Assembly: GCA_963700285.1 (NCBI GenBank)
Contig: CAVOXA010000010.1
Location: forward strand, 1,312,001-1,376,000
DNA from: an uncultured Chloroflexia bacterium
GTDB taxonomy: Bacteria; Chloroflexota; Anaerolineae; JAAYZQ01
Length of the DNA: 64,000 nt
Reading direction: 5' to 3'
A program made the translations under genes and the position numbers. Below the pieces are notes generated by a model that worked only from the letters and a program-made list of their open reading frames with translations, was not told the origin of the DNA and did not search any database. Shown piece after piece: positions 10,868 to 18,742 of this stretch (its first letter is position 1; the number at the start of each line of letters is the position of its first letter).

Positions 10868-12018
10868 GCGCTGCCGCTCTCCCAGGTCTGGGTCGTATGG
10901 GCATCGAGGCTGTCCCGGTCCAGCTTGAAGCCAAAGCCGGGCTCCTGAGGCACAGAGATCGTGCCATCGTCGTTGATCAGGTAGGGCTCGGCCAGCATGA
11001 AATCACGCGAGGGTTCGGTCCAGGCCGGCGGGTCGACGGGGAACTCGAACCAGGGGCAGTTGGGCGTCGCGGCCGCCAGGTGCAGGTTGGCCCCCAGGCC
11101 GATGCCGTTGGACCAGGTGTGGGGAATGAACTTTTTGAAAGCCATCTCGGCCATGCCCGCCACTTTGCGAAGCTGGGATATGCCCTCGGAAAAGGCGGCG
11201 TCGGCCTGGATGATGTCGTAGCAGTTGCGCTCGATAAGCTGCCGGTACTCGTGCAGCCCGATGTTCAGCTCGCCGCCGGCGATGGGAATGTCGACCCGCG
11301 CCGTCAGCGCGGAAAGCTGCTCATAGTTGTAGCGGGGCAGCGGCTCCTCCAGCCACAGCAGGTCCAATTCCTCCAGCGCCCGGGCCACCCGCAGCGCATC
11401 GGCAAAGGTCCAAAAGTTGTGGGGGCCGGGGCTGGGCATGACGTGCGACTGGTTGGCGTCGGCCATGAGCGCCAGGTCGTCGCCAAACTCGGCGCGCACC
11501 CGCTGCACGGCGTCGATATCGTCGTCGATGTCGGGGCGGCGCAGGCGCAGCTTGAAGGCGCGAAAGCCCCGCTGGCGCAGCATGTGCAGCCGCTCGATCT
11601 GCTCCGCAGGCTCGCAGACCTCGGCCAGGCTGGCGTAGGCCGGCAGCGAGTCCTGGTAGCCGCCCCACAGGCGGTACACCGGCTGGTTGCAGGCTTGCCC
11701 AATGATGTCCCACAGCGCCATCTCTACGCCCCAGGGATAGGAGCCATCCCGCGCCGCGTGGCGCAGGATGGGGCTGATGCGCTCGATGGCAAAGGGGTCC
11801 TTGCCCAGGATGTAGGGCGACACCAGGTTGGCCACGGTGTGCAGGCCGATGGGGTCGCCGTGGGGCAGCGCCCCCAGGCCCGTAATGCCGTCGTCGGTGG
11901 TCACCTCGACCAGGGTACAGACGTTGTGCTCAAAAGTCCGTCCCGGCGCCCACGAAGGGTGCAGAGGCGCCGGCAGCGGATGGCTCACGATGCGGCAGCG
12001 GATGCGGTCTATCTTCAT
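10864..12018 (-). CDS. Mandelate racemase/muconate lactonizing (enolase superfamily) enzyme
   Basis: GVEMALWDIIG, LMADAN, WLEEP, AGGE; GGAG RBS upstream of ATG 12018. Confidence 0.9.
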   Translation of the reverse strand: MKIDRIRCRIVSHPLPAPLHPSWAPGRTFEHNVCTLVEVTTDDGITGLGALPHGDPIGLHTVANLVSPYILGKDPFAIERISPILRHAARDGSYPWGVEMALWDIIGQACNQPVYRLWGGYQDSLPAYASLAEVCEPAEQIERLHMLRQRGFRAFKLRLRRPDIDDDIDAVQRVRAEFGDDLALMADANQSHVMPSPGPHNFWTFADALRVARALEELDLLWLEEPLPRYNYEQLSALTARVDIPIAGGELNIGLHEYRQLIERNCYDIIQADAAFSEGISQLRKVAGMAEMAFKKFIPHTWSNGIGLGANLHLAAATPNCPWFEFPVDPPAWTEPSRDFMLAEPYLINDDGTISVPQEPGFGFKLDRDSLDAHTTQTWESGSA

Positions 12019-12196
12019 GGCAGGTTCTCCAGGAGGGGGTCGCTGTCTCCAAAGAGCAAGCGGACAGGGGAGCTGGATGCACCATCCTGTGTCGTATGGC
12101 ACAGGTGCCAGCTTTGCTCCTTACACCGGGCGCGAACCCGATCTGGCAGTGACTGCACGTCGTCAGCTCCTCGTTGGTCGTTGCGGATGCAGAGGT

Positions 12197-12225
12197 ATTG
12201 TATCAGATAAGGCCCAGGGTGTCAA
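12197..12225 (-). promoter_or_regulatory. Sigma70-type promoter for the leftward catabolic operon
   Basis: Minus strand TTGACA-17 bp-TACAAT with extended -10 TG. Confidence 0.65.
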
Positions 12226-12401
12226 GGGTGGGTTAACATCACGTGAGGAATAAAGTCAGACTGTACGGGAGGTGAGCCTTTCCCATTGCCAGCCAAAGCC
12301 ATTGTCCCTAACCCGTAGCTGGCGCGAACCTTGCTCGAGCCCCCGTCCCGGGGGCGGACCCAGCCAAGAGGGCGGACACGGGATTGACAACGAACCAATA
12401 T

Positions 12402-12719
12402 CTAGCCTGTCGCGGCATGAGCAAAGGGTCTGACTTCCCGCTCGAGACGAGCACCCAGCAGGTCTTCGGCCACGTCCAGATCATAGTCCACCTGCAAGCC
12501 CAGCCAGAACTCAGGAGACATGTCAAAGAAACGCGCCAGCCTCAGCGCCGTGTCAGCCGTTATGCGGCGCTTGCCCAGCACAATCTCATTGATGCGTCGA
12601 GCTGGTACACCGATGTCAATTGCCAGTCGATTCTGGCTCAAGCCCATCGGCTTGAGGAATTCCTCGAGCAGTACCTCTCCTGGGTGGACAGGATTGAGTT
12701 TATCCTCCGCCATAGTCAC
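12402..12719 (-). CDS. higA: HigA family antitoxin
   Basis: PVHPGEVLLEEFLKPMGLSQNRLA...RINEIV...ITADTALRLARFF...FWLGLQ. Confidence 0.92.
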   Translation of the reverse strand: MTMAEDKLNPVHPGEVLLEEFLKPMGLSQNRLAIDIGVPARRINEIVLGKRRITADTALRLARFFDMSPEFWLGLQVDYDLDVAEDLLGARLEREVRPFAHAATG

Positions 12720-12725
12720 GCCTTT

Positions 12726-12978
12726 CTAGTGGTAGTCAACAATTTCTACCTCGAGCACATCGCCCTCCCACCACTCAAAGCAGATGCGCCATTGCTCGTT
12801 GATGCGAATGCTGTACTGTCCTTCCCGATCTCCTTTTAGCTTCTCCAGGCGATTTGCAGGTGGGACACGCAGATCGTTCAAGGTCACGGCACGATTGAGC
12901 ATCCGAAGCTTGCGCAAGGCGACTTGTTGGATGTCATGCGGCAGCTTGCGGGAACGCTGTCGCGAAAGATCTTCGGTT
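12726..12978 (-). pseudogene. higB: HigB (RelE/ParE family) toxin, N-terminally truncated
   Basis: ..RSRKLPHDIQQVALRKLRML..DLRVPPANRLEKLKGDREGQYSIRINEQWRICF..VEIVDYH; no in-frame start for the usual MIKSF-like N-terminus. Confidence 0.75.
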
Positions 12979-13029
12979 GACGACGGATCGATGAGGACCG
13001 CGGTCCTTGGCCCGATGCGCTGCCCAACA

Positions 13030-13578
13030 CTAAAACGCCGGAGGCGTGATAACCGAGATAAACCGCACCGTCTGGTCCCCCCGGGGCTTCATATCGCGCA
13101 GCATCGCGCCTTCGAAACAGGCGGTATCGCCCGGGCCCAGGAGGTATGCATCGTCGCCCAGCCGGATCTCCAGTTGCCCCTGCAGGACATAGACAAACTC
13201 CTCGGTGGTCTCGCCAAAGCCGGCCAGGGGCCTTTGCTCGCCCGGCTCCCACTCGGTCATGAAGGCTTCCAGCCTCTGGCTGGTGCTGGGGGTCAGTAGC
13301 TGGAAGGCGAGTTCTGTTCCCGACGCGGGCCAGGTGATGCGCATGCGCTCCTGGCGCCTGACGACGGGACTCGCCGCCCCCGGTTCGAGCAGGAAGTGAA
13401 AGACCGGTACCTCGAGGGCCGTGCTGATCTTGTACAGCGAATCGATGGAGGGGCTGGTCACGTCTCGCTCGACCTGGCTGATAAAGCTGGCGGTCAGGCC
13501 GGCGCGCTCCGCCAGCGCGCCCTGGCTGAGGCCCAACTCTTTGCGGCGGGCGCGAATCCGGTCCCCAAGTGGCGGCAT
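13030..13578 (-). CDS. XRE-family HTH regulator with cupin domain (PuuR-like)
   Basis: LGDRIRARRKELGLSQGALAERAGLTASFISQVER; cupin EEFVYVLQG...LGPGD. Confidence 0.9.
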   Translation of the reverse strand: MPPLGDRIRARRKELGLSQGALAERAGLTASFISQVERDVTSPSIDSLYKISTALEVPVFHFLLEPGAASPVVRRQERMRITWPASGTELAFQLLTPSTSQRLEAFMTEWEPGEQRPLAGFGETTEEFVYVLQGQLEIRLGDDAYLLGPGDTACFEGAMLRDMKPRGDQTVRFISVITPPAF

Positions 13579-13616
13579 TCCTTCACCTCCTTGTTGGTTG
13601 TTGCCGATCCCGATCT

Positions 13617-13645
13617 ATTGTAGCAGATACCTTCAATCAAGTCAA
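13617..13645 (-). promoter_or_regulatory. Sigma70-type promoter of the XRE regulator
   Basis: Minus strand TTGACT-17 bp-TACAAT with extended -10 TG. Confidence 0.6.
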
Positions 13646-13733
13646 GCAGCACTTTATATTCTACTAAGAAAAGAGCTTTACTGTAGACAAGTGACATCTA
13701 TGCTTTACTGTGGTTCTGCAAATAAAGCAATAC

Positions 13734-13762
13734 TTGACAAGGGGGCCGGGGTATGATAGAAT
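13734..13762 (+). promoter_or_regulatory. Sigma70-type promoter of the lyase-MttB operon
   Basis: TTGACA-17 bp-TAGAAT with extended -10 TG. Confidence 0.7.
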
Positions 13763-13851
13763 GGCAGCCGTGAACTCGTGCAGTGAACAGCGGATCGCGG
13801 CCGTGGGCGTGATCCAGCCTCAACGAAAGAGCGAAAAAGGGAGAAGGGACG

Positions 13852-14997
13852 ATGAATCGCAAAGAGACCGAGGGCAAAGGGATCGCGACGCGCTGCATCC
13901 ATACCGGCGTTCCGGACGGTGGTTTGTGGGCGCCCGTCAAGACCCCACTCATCATGTCCAACAGCTATGACCTGGGAGGGCTGGCGGTTGCCGACCTGCC
14001 CGCCGAGGCTTTTGTTTACACGCGCAACGGCACGCCCAACGCCCGTTACCTGGAGGAAAAGCTGGCCGACCTGGAGGGGGCCGAGGACTGTGTTCTCACC
14101 GCCAGCGGCGTCGCCGCCATCTCTGGCTCCTTTCTGACGCTGCTGAACACGGGCGACCACATCATCTCCTCCGACGTGGTCTATATCGCCATCCACGACC
14201 TGCTGGTTGAGCATTGCCCCCAGCGTTTGGGCATCCAGACCAGCCTCGTCGATACCTCGGACCTGGCCGCGGTAAAAGCGGCGCTGACGCCCCAGACCAA
14301 GATCATCCACGTCGAAACGCCCGGCAACCCGACCACGCGCATCAGCGACATTGCCGCCCTGGCCGAGATCGCCCGGGAAGCCGGCGCCCTGCTCACGGTG
14401 GACAGCACCTGGTCGGGGTTGCTCAGCCAACAGCCGCTGGAACTGGGCGCCGACCTGGTCTTTCACAGTCTGTCCAAGTACGTCAACGGCCAGGGGGACG
14501 CCGTGGCCGGCGCCGTCCTGGGCAGCCAGGACCTTGTCGACCGGATACGCCAGTTTGCCGTGGTGACGCTGGGTGCTTGCATCAGCCCCTTCAACGCCTG
14601 GCAGATCATGCGCGGCTCAGAGACGCTGCCCCTGCGCCTGGAGCGCCATTCGGCCAATGCCCTGGCCGTGGCCGAGTTCCTCGAAGCCCACCCCAAGGTG
14701 GCCTGGGTGCGCTACCCCGGCCTGCCGAGCCATCCCCAGCACGAGACCGCCAGGGTGCAGATGAGCTACTACTCCGGGATGCTCAACTTTGACATCGTGG
14801 GCGACGCCAGCCAGCGCCTCGAGGTGATCCGCCGGCTCAAGTTCTTTCGCCACGCCACCTGCCTGGGCCACGACGAGAGCCTCATCGCCCTCTATCCATG
14901 GGAAGATCCGAGCTTCTACCGGGTCAGTGTCGGTCTGGAGGATGTCCAGGACCTCATCGACGATCTGGACCAGGCCCTGGCCGTAGTCGAGGTATAA
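13852..14997 (+). CDS. Cys/Met metabolism PLP enzyme (methionine gamma-lyase/cystathionine gamma-synthase family)
   Basis: YTRNGTP, ETPGNPT, VDST, HSLSKYVNG, RYPGLPSHPQH, RVSVGLED. Confidence 0.9.
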   Translation: MNRKETEGKGIATRCIHTGVPDGGLWAPVKTPLIMSNSYDLGGLAVADLPAEAFVYTRNGTPNARYLEEKLADLEGAEDCVLTASGVAAISGSFLTLLNTGDHIISSDVVYIAIHDLLVEHCPQRLGIQTSLVDTSDLAAVKAALTPQTKIIHVETPGNPTTRISDIAALAEIAREAGALLTVDSTWSGLLSQQPLELGADLVFHSLSKYVNGQGDAVAGAVLGSQDLVDRIRQFAVVTLGACISPFNAWQIMRGSETLPLRLERHSANALAVAEFLEAHPKVAWVRYPGLPSHPQHETARVQMSYYSGMLNFDIVGDASQRLEVIRRLKFFRHATCLGHDESLIALYPWEDPSFYRVSVGLEDVQDLIDDLDQALAVVEV

Positions 14998-15000
14998 GAC

Positions 15001-15033
15001 AACCTCCCGCAGGCTTCAAGCCTGCGGGAGGTT
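15001..15033. repeat. AACCTCCCGCAGG palindromic element (hairpin, possibly terminator-like)
   Basis: aacctcccgcaggctt-c-aagcctgcgggaggtt; related copies at 7969-8019 and 42589-42685. Confidence 0.7.
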
Positions 15034-15059
15034 GCCCAGTATTCACACAAGGAGGAAAC

Positions 15060-16495
15060 ATGATCGAGACCCAAGGTTTGAGACAGACGAGCGCCCACTA
15101 CTCTCGGCTGGGCGCCCAAGAGTGCGAAAAGATCCACCGGGCCAGCATCGAGATCCTCGAGCATGTCGGCGTGGAGGTCCACGACGAGAAGGCGCTGGAC
15201 CTGCTGGTCAAAGGTGGGGCCCAGGCCGACGGCATCGTCGTCCGCATCCCGGAGCTGATGGTCCTCAAGGCCCTGGCCGTCACGCCCAAGGGCACGACCC
15301 TGTTCGACCAGAATGGCAAAGTCGCGATTCGAGCCCAGGGCCACAACAGCTACTATGGCGGCGGCTCCGACTGCCTCTACGTCCTGGACCACCGGACGAA
15401 CCAGCGGCGTCTGGCCGTGCTCCAGGACGTGGTCGACGCCCAGATCGTGCAGGACGCCCTGCCTGAGGTCAGCTTTGTGATGTCGGCCTTTCTGCCCTCC
15501 GACGTCGACTCCCGCATCTATGACCGCTACCAGATGGAGGCCATGCTCAACCACACCACCAAACCCATCGTCTTTGTCTCGCCCGACTTTGAAGGCTGCG
15601 AGCTGGCCATCGAGATGGCCGAGATCGTCGCCGGCGGCGCCGAGGCCTTCCAACGCCGTCCCTTTGCCACCTGCTACATCAATGTCACCGACGGTCTGCG
15701 TCGCCAACCAGGAGGCCCTGCAAAAGTGCATGTTCCTGGCCGGCAAGGGCCTGCCCCAATTGTACATCCCCCTGGGCGATGGGCCCCACAGCATCGCCGG
15801 CAACACGGCCTACCAGTGGACCGGGGTGCTGCTGGGCATCGTCCTGGCCCAGCTGGTGCGCGAAGGCTCGCCGGTCGTCGTCCCCGGCTGGGGCGGCGGG
15901 CTCAAGAACATGAAGACCATGGCCAGCTCCTACGGCCAGGCCGATCGCCAGGGCATCGCCCTGGCCATGGGCCATTACTACGGCCTGCCCACCTTTGGCA
16001 TGGCCGGCTGCACCGACTCCAAGGTGCTCGATGCCCAGGCGGGGGCCGAGATCGCCCTCAGCCTGGTGCTGCAGACCCTCGAAGGCGGCCACATCATCCA
16101 CGACCTGGGCTTCATGGACTCGGGCATGCAGGGTTCGCTGGCCCTGATGGCCATCTGCAACGACTGGATCCAGTGGATCCGCCACGCCACCGGCGGCGTC
16201 GACGTCAGCCACGGAGGGCATGGCCCTGGACGTGATCCACGAGCTGGGGCCCAGCGGCGACTACATATCCCACCCACACACCCTGGCTCACTGCCGCGAC
16301 GGCTGCTACCCCACGCTGGTCGACATGGGCAACTATTCACGTTGGGAAGCGCAGGGCTCGTTGGACATGACCCAGCGGGCGGCCAAGATGGTGGACCGCA
16401 TCCTCGAGAAGCACGAGGTCGAGCCGCTGCCGCCCGACGTCCAGCGTGACGTCCACGCCGTAGTCGAGCGCGAAGCCAGCCGCGTCGGCGCCTAA
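15060..16495 (+). CDS. MttB (trimethylamine methyltransferase) superfamily protein, frameshifted
   Basis: IHRASIEILEHVGVEV, YYGLPTFGMAGCTDSKVLDAQAG, IHDLGFMDSG, ALDVIHELGP; ORFs 14898-16235, 15520-16449, 16220-16495. Confidence 0.88.
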
Positions 16496-16509
16496 GCCGA
16501 AAGAGGATT

Positions 16510-16585
16510 CACCGCAGAGGCACAGAGAACGCAGAGTCAAAACCTTCTTTTGGTTTTTTCTATGTGTTCTCCGCGCCTCTGCGGC
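16510..16585. repeat. CACCGCAGAG-type palindromic repeat
   Basis: caccgcagaggcacagagaacgcagag...gtgttctccgcgcctctgcgg. Confidence 0.7.
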
Positions 16586-16613
16586 AAGATCCTGGCTCCA
16601 GGACGGACTGATC

Positions 16614-17353
16614 ATGCGAATCCATGGAAACCGGGGCCTGGGCATTATCATCGTCGACGACGTCTATCCCGGCTTCCCCGGCGACGTGCGCAACGCCAGC
16701 GCCTATCCCTTTCCCATCCAGTACGAGATCGCCCAGGGCGTGGACCTGGTCAAGCTGGTCGTGGACGAGGACAAGTCGCCCTGCCTGGGACCGGTGCTGC
16801 GCGCGGCGCGAGAAACTGGAATCCATGGGCTGCCGGGCCATCGCCGCCGAGTGCGGCTATTTCGCCTACTTTCAGCAAGAGGTCGCCGCCCACGTCAACG
16901 TGCCCGGTGTTCATGTCCAGCCTGTTGCAGGTGCCCTGGGCCCAGCAGCTCATCGGGCCCGACAAGGTCGTGGGCATCCTGGCCGCCTCCTCGCCCTTTC
17001 TGACTGAGGCTCACCTGGCAGCGGTCGGCGTCCAGGTCGGCAGCAATTACGTCGTCGCCGGGGCGATGGACGGCGGCCGCTGCCCGGAATTCGAGAACCT
17101 GTGGATCTCGGACCTGCGCCCCGACCCGCCGCGGGCTGACTATGAGACGGCCGAGCGGGATTTCGTGGCCGTGGGCGTCGACTTTTTCCGGGAGCAGCCC
17201 AACATGGGGGCCATGGTCCTGGAATGCACCGGCTTTCCGCCCTTTGCCCGCGCCCTGCAGCGCGAGATCGATATCCCCCTCTTTAGCTGGGGGACCCTGC
17301 TGGACTATGCCTACTCGGTCGCGGTCCACCGCGACTACTATGGGCATGTCTAG
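16614..17353 (+). CDS. Asp/Glu/hydantoin racemase superfamily protein, frameshifted
   Basis: PGDVRNASAYPFPIQY, AIAAECGYFAYFQ, VFMSSLLQVP, MVLECTGFPPF (two-Cys racemase pattern). Confidence 0.8.
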
Positions 17354-17433
17354 TCGTGGTGGTTGCACCGCAGAGGCGCAGAGAACACAGAGAAAACCAA
17401 AACTGATACACAACAACGAATTTAGAATCAAAC

Positions 17434-17472
17434 GAATTCGAATGGGACGAGCAGAAGGCTCGGGTCAACCTC
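17434..17472 (+). pseudogene. BrnT toxin N-terminal remnant
   Basis: EFEWDEQKARVNL, the typical BrnT start motif, with no start codon; in frame with downstream antitoxin-like ORF. Confidence 0.55.
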
Positions 17473-17751
17473 ATGCGCGCCGAGTACGATTTTCGCGGCG
17501 GTGTTCGTGGCAAACACCACGAGACCTACCGCCAGGGCCACGCCGTCAAGATCCAGACAGAGGACGGAACCGTTGATGTCCGCTGTTACACCCTCGAAGA
17601 CGGCGCGGTCCTATTGGAACCCGAGGTCCGCCAGTATTTCCCCGACTCTGAATCTGTGAACAAGGCTCTCCGCGCGCTAATCGACCTCGTGCCCGCCAAG
17701 CGCAAGGCCGTTGCCGAATCCCAGGATGATTATGAGATAAGCCAGGAATGA
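17473..17751 (+). CDS. Small antitoxin-like protein (BrnT-partner type)
   Basis: MRAEYDFRGGVRGK...VLLEPEVRQYFPDSESVNKALRAL, a pattern typical of small proteins downstream of brnT. Confidence 0.6.
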   Translation: MRAEYDFRGGVRGKHHETYRQGHAVKIQTEDGTVDVRCYTLEDGAVLLEPEVRQYFPDSESVNKALRALIDLVPAKRKAVAESQDDYEISQE

Positions 17752-18039
17752 GCTAACCCCTCGCCCCGAAAAGCCGCAAGGCCTGTCGCGGGCGTCCCCC
17801 TTGACGCCATGTCACTGCCCTGCCACTGATCCTCCAACGCTCGAGCCATGCCCGCGCTGAATCCCTTGGCAAGCTCGGGAGGGGCCTCAGTCGAATCGTC
17901 CGCGACGTGGCGATATCGACACGCTCCAAGCAGCTATCGTCGTTCAGCTACAATTCCGGCCCGTGCACGCTTTGGACTCGAAAGCGACCAGATCTGCGGG
18001 TCCGTGCCTCGTCATACCCCCTGGGCTCGCCTCCATGCT

Positions 18040-18068
18040 TTGCGGATCCACCCCAGCAATGGTATAAT
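18040..18068 (+). promoter_or_regulatory. Putative promoter of the HNH-NACHT cassette
   Basis: TTGCGG-17 bp-TATAAT with extended -10 TG. Confidence 0.55.
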
Positions 18069-18235
18069 AACTACCGGGTGAGTCTGTTGAATGTTGACCT
18101 TCCACCCTCACGGGGACAGCGCCGATGGCAAAGGACACGAAAGCTCACCTGGACGGTTCCGGAGCCATTGCCCAGGACCACAGCCCCTCTGGTTGCCGTC
18201 CGCAGCGTGTGCCGCGCACAAGGAGTACAAAGGCC

Positions 18236-18727
18236 ATGAGAGACGACTTTAACAAGCAAACCATAGAAACCCTGGCGGACAGAGCCGGCAACCGTTGCTC
18301 TAACCCAGAGTGCCGCCAGCCTACCAGCGGCCCGCGCAGCGAGTCGACCAAGACGGTCAACATCGGCGTCGCCGCCCACATCACGGCCGCTTCAGAGGGT
18401 GGCCCTCGCTACGACCCCACGCTCACCCCCGAGCAGCGCCGACACCCCGACAACGGCCTCTGGCTCTGCCAGAACTGCGCCAAGCTGGTGGACAACGACG
18501 CCCTGGCATATCCGGTGGACCTGCTGCAGGTATGGAAGCGCCAGGCCGAAGATACGGCCCGGCAGGAGCTCCAGCGGCGCGGGGCGCCCAAAGACCAGCC
18601 CGGCGCCTCTTCCCGGGTCGTTCACACCGGCAGCGGAGGACTGGCCCAGGACGGCAGCGTGGCCGCCGGCAAGGGTGGCGTCGCCGTAGACGGAGACGTG
18701 CACGGCGATATCCGCATCGGTGGGTGA
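18236..18727 (+). CDS. HNH endonuclease-like effector with C-terminal Gly-rich amyloid-like motif (alternative in-frame start 18125)
   Basis: AGNRCSNPEC...GVAAHITAASEGGPRY...NGLWLCQNCAKLVD; AGGAG before ATG 18236; ends GSGGLAQDGSVAAGKGGVAVDGDVHGDIRIGG*. Confidence 0.8.
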   Translation: MRDDFNKQTIETLADRAGNRCSNPECRQPTSGPRSESTKTVNIGVAAHITAASEGGPRYDPTLTPEQRRHPDNGLWLCQNCAKLVDNDALAYPVDLLQVWKRQAEDTARQELQRRGAPKDQPGASSRVVHTGSGGLAQDGSVAAGKGGVAVDGDVHGDIRIGG

Positions 18728-18742
18728 GGAAGGCAGCAGACC

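Noticed and set aside
15060-16495. Pyrrolysine-containing MttB
   Set aside because: Breaks are frameshifts, not an in-frame TAG; no pyl genes seen
17760-18120. Possible DGR TR, Avd or RT upstream of the HNH gene
   Set aside because: No VR-like sequence and no RT motifs (YxDD in an RT context) found here or in any ORF of the track
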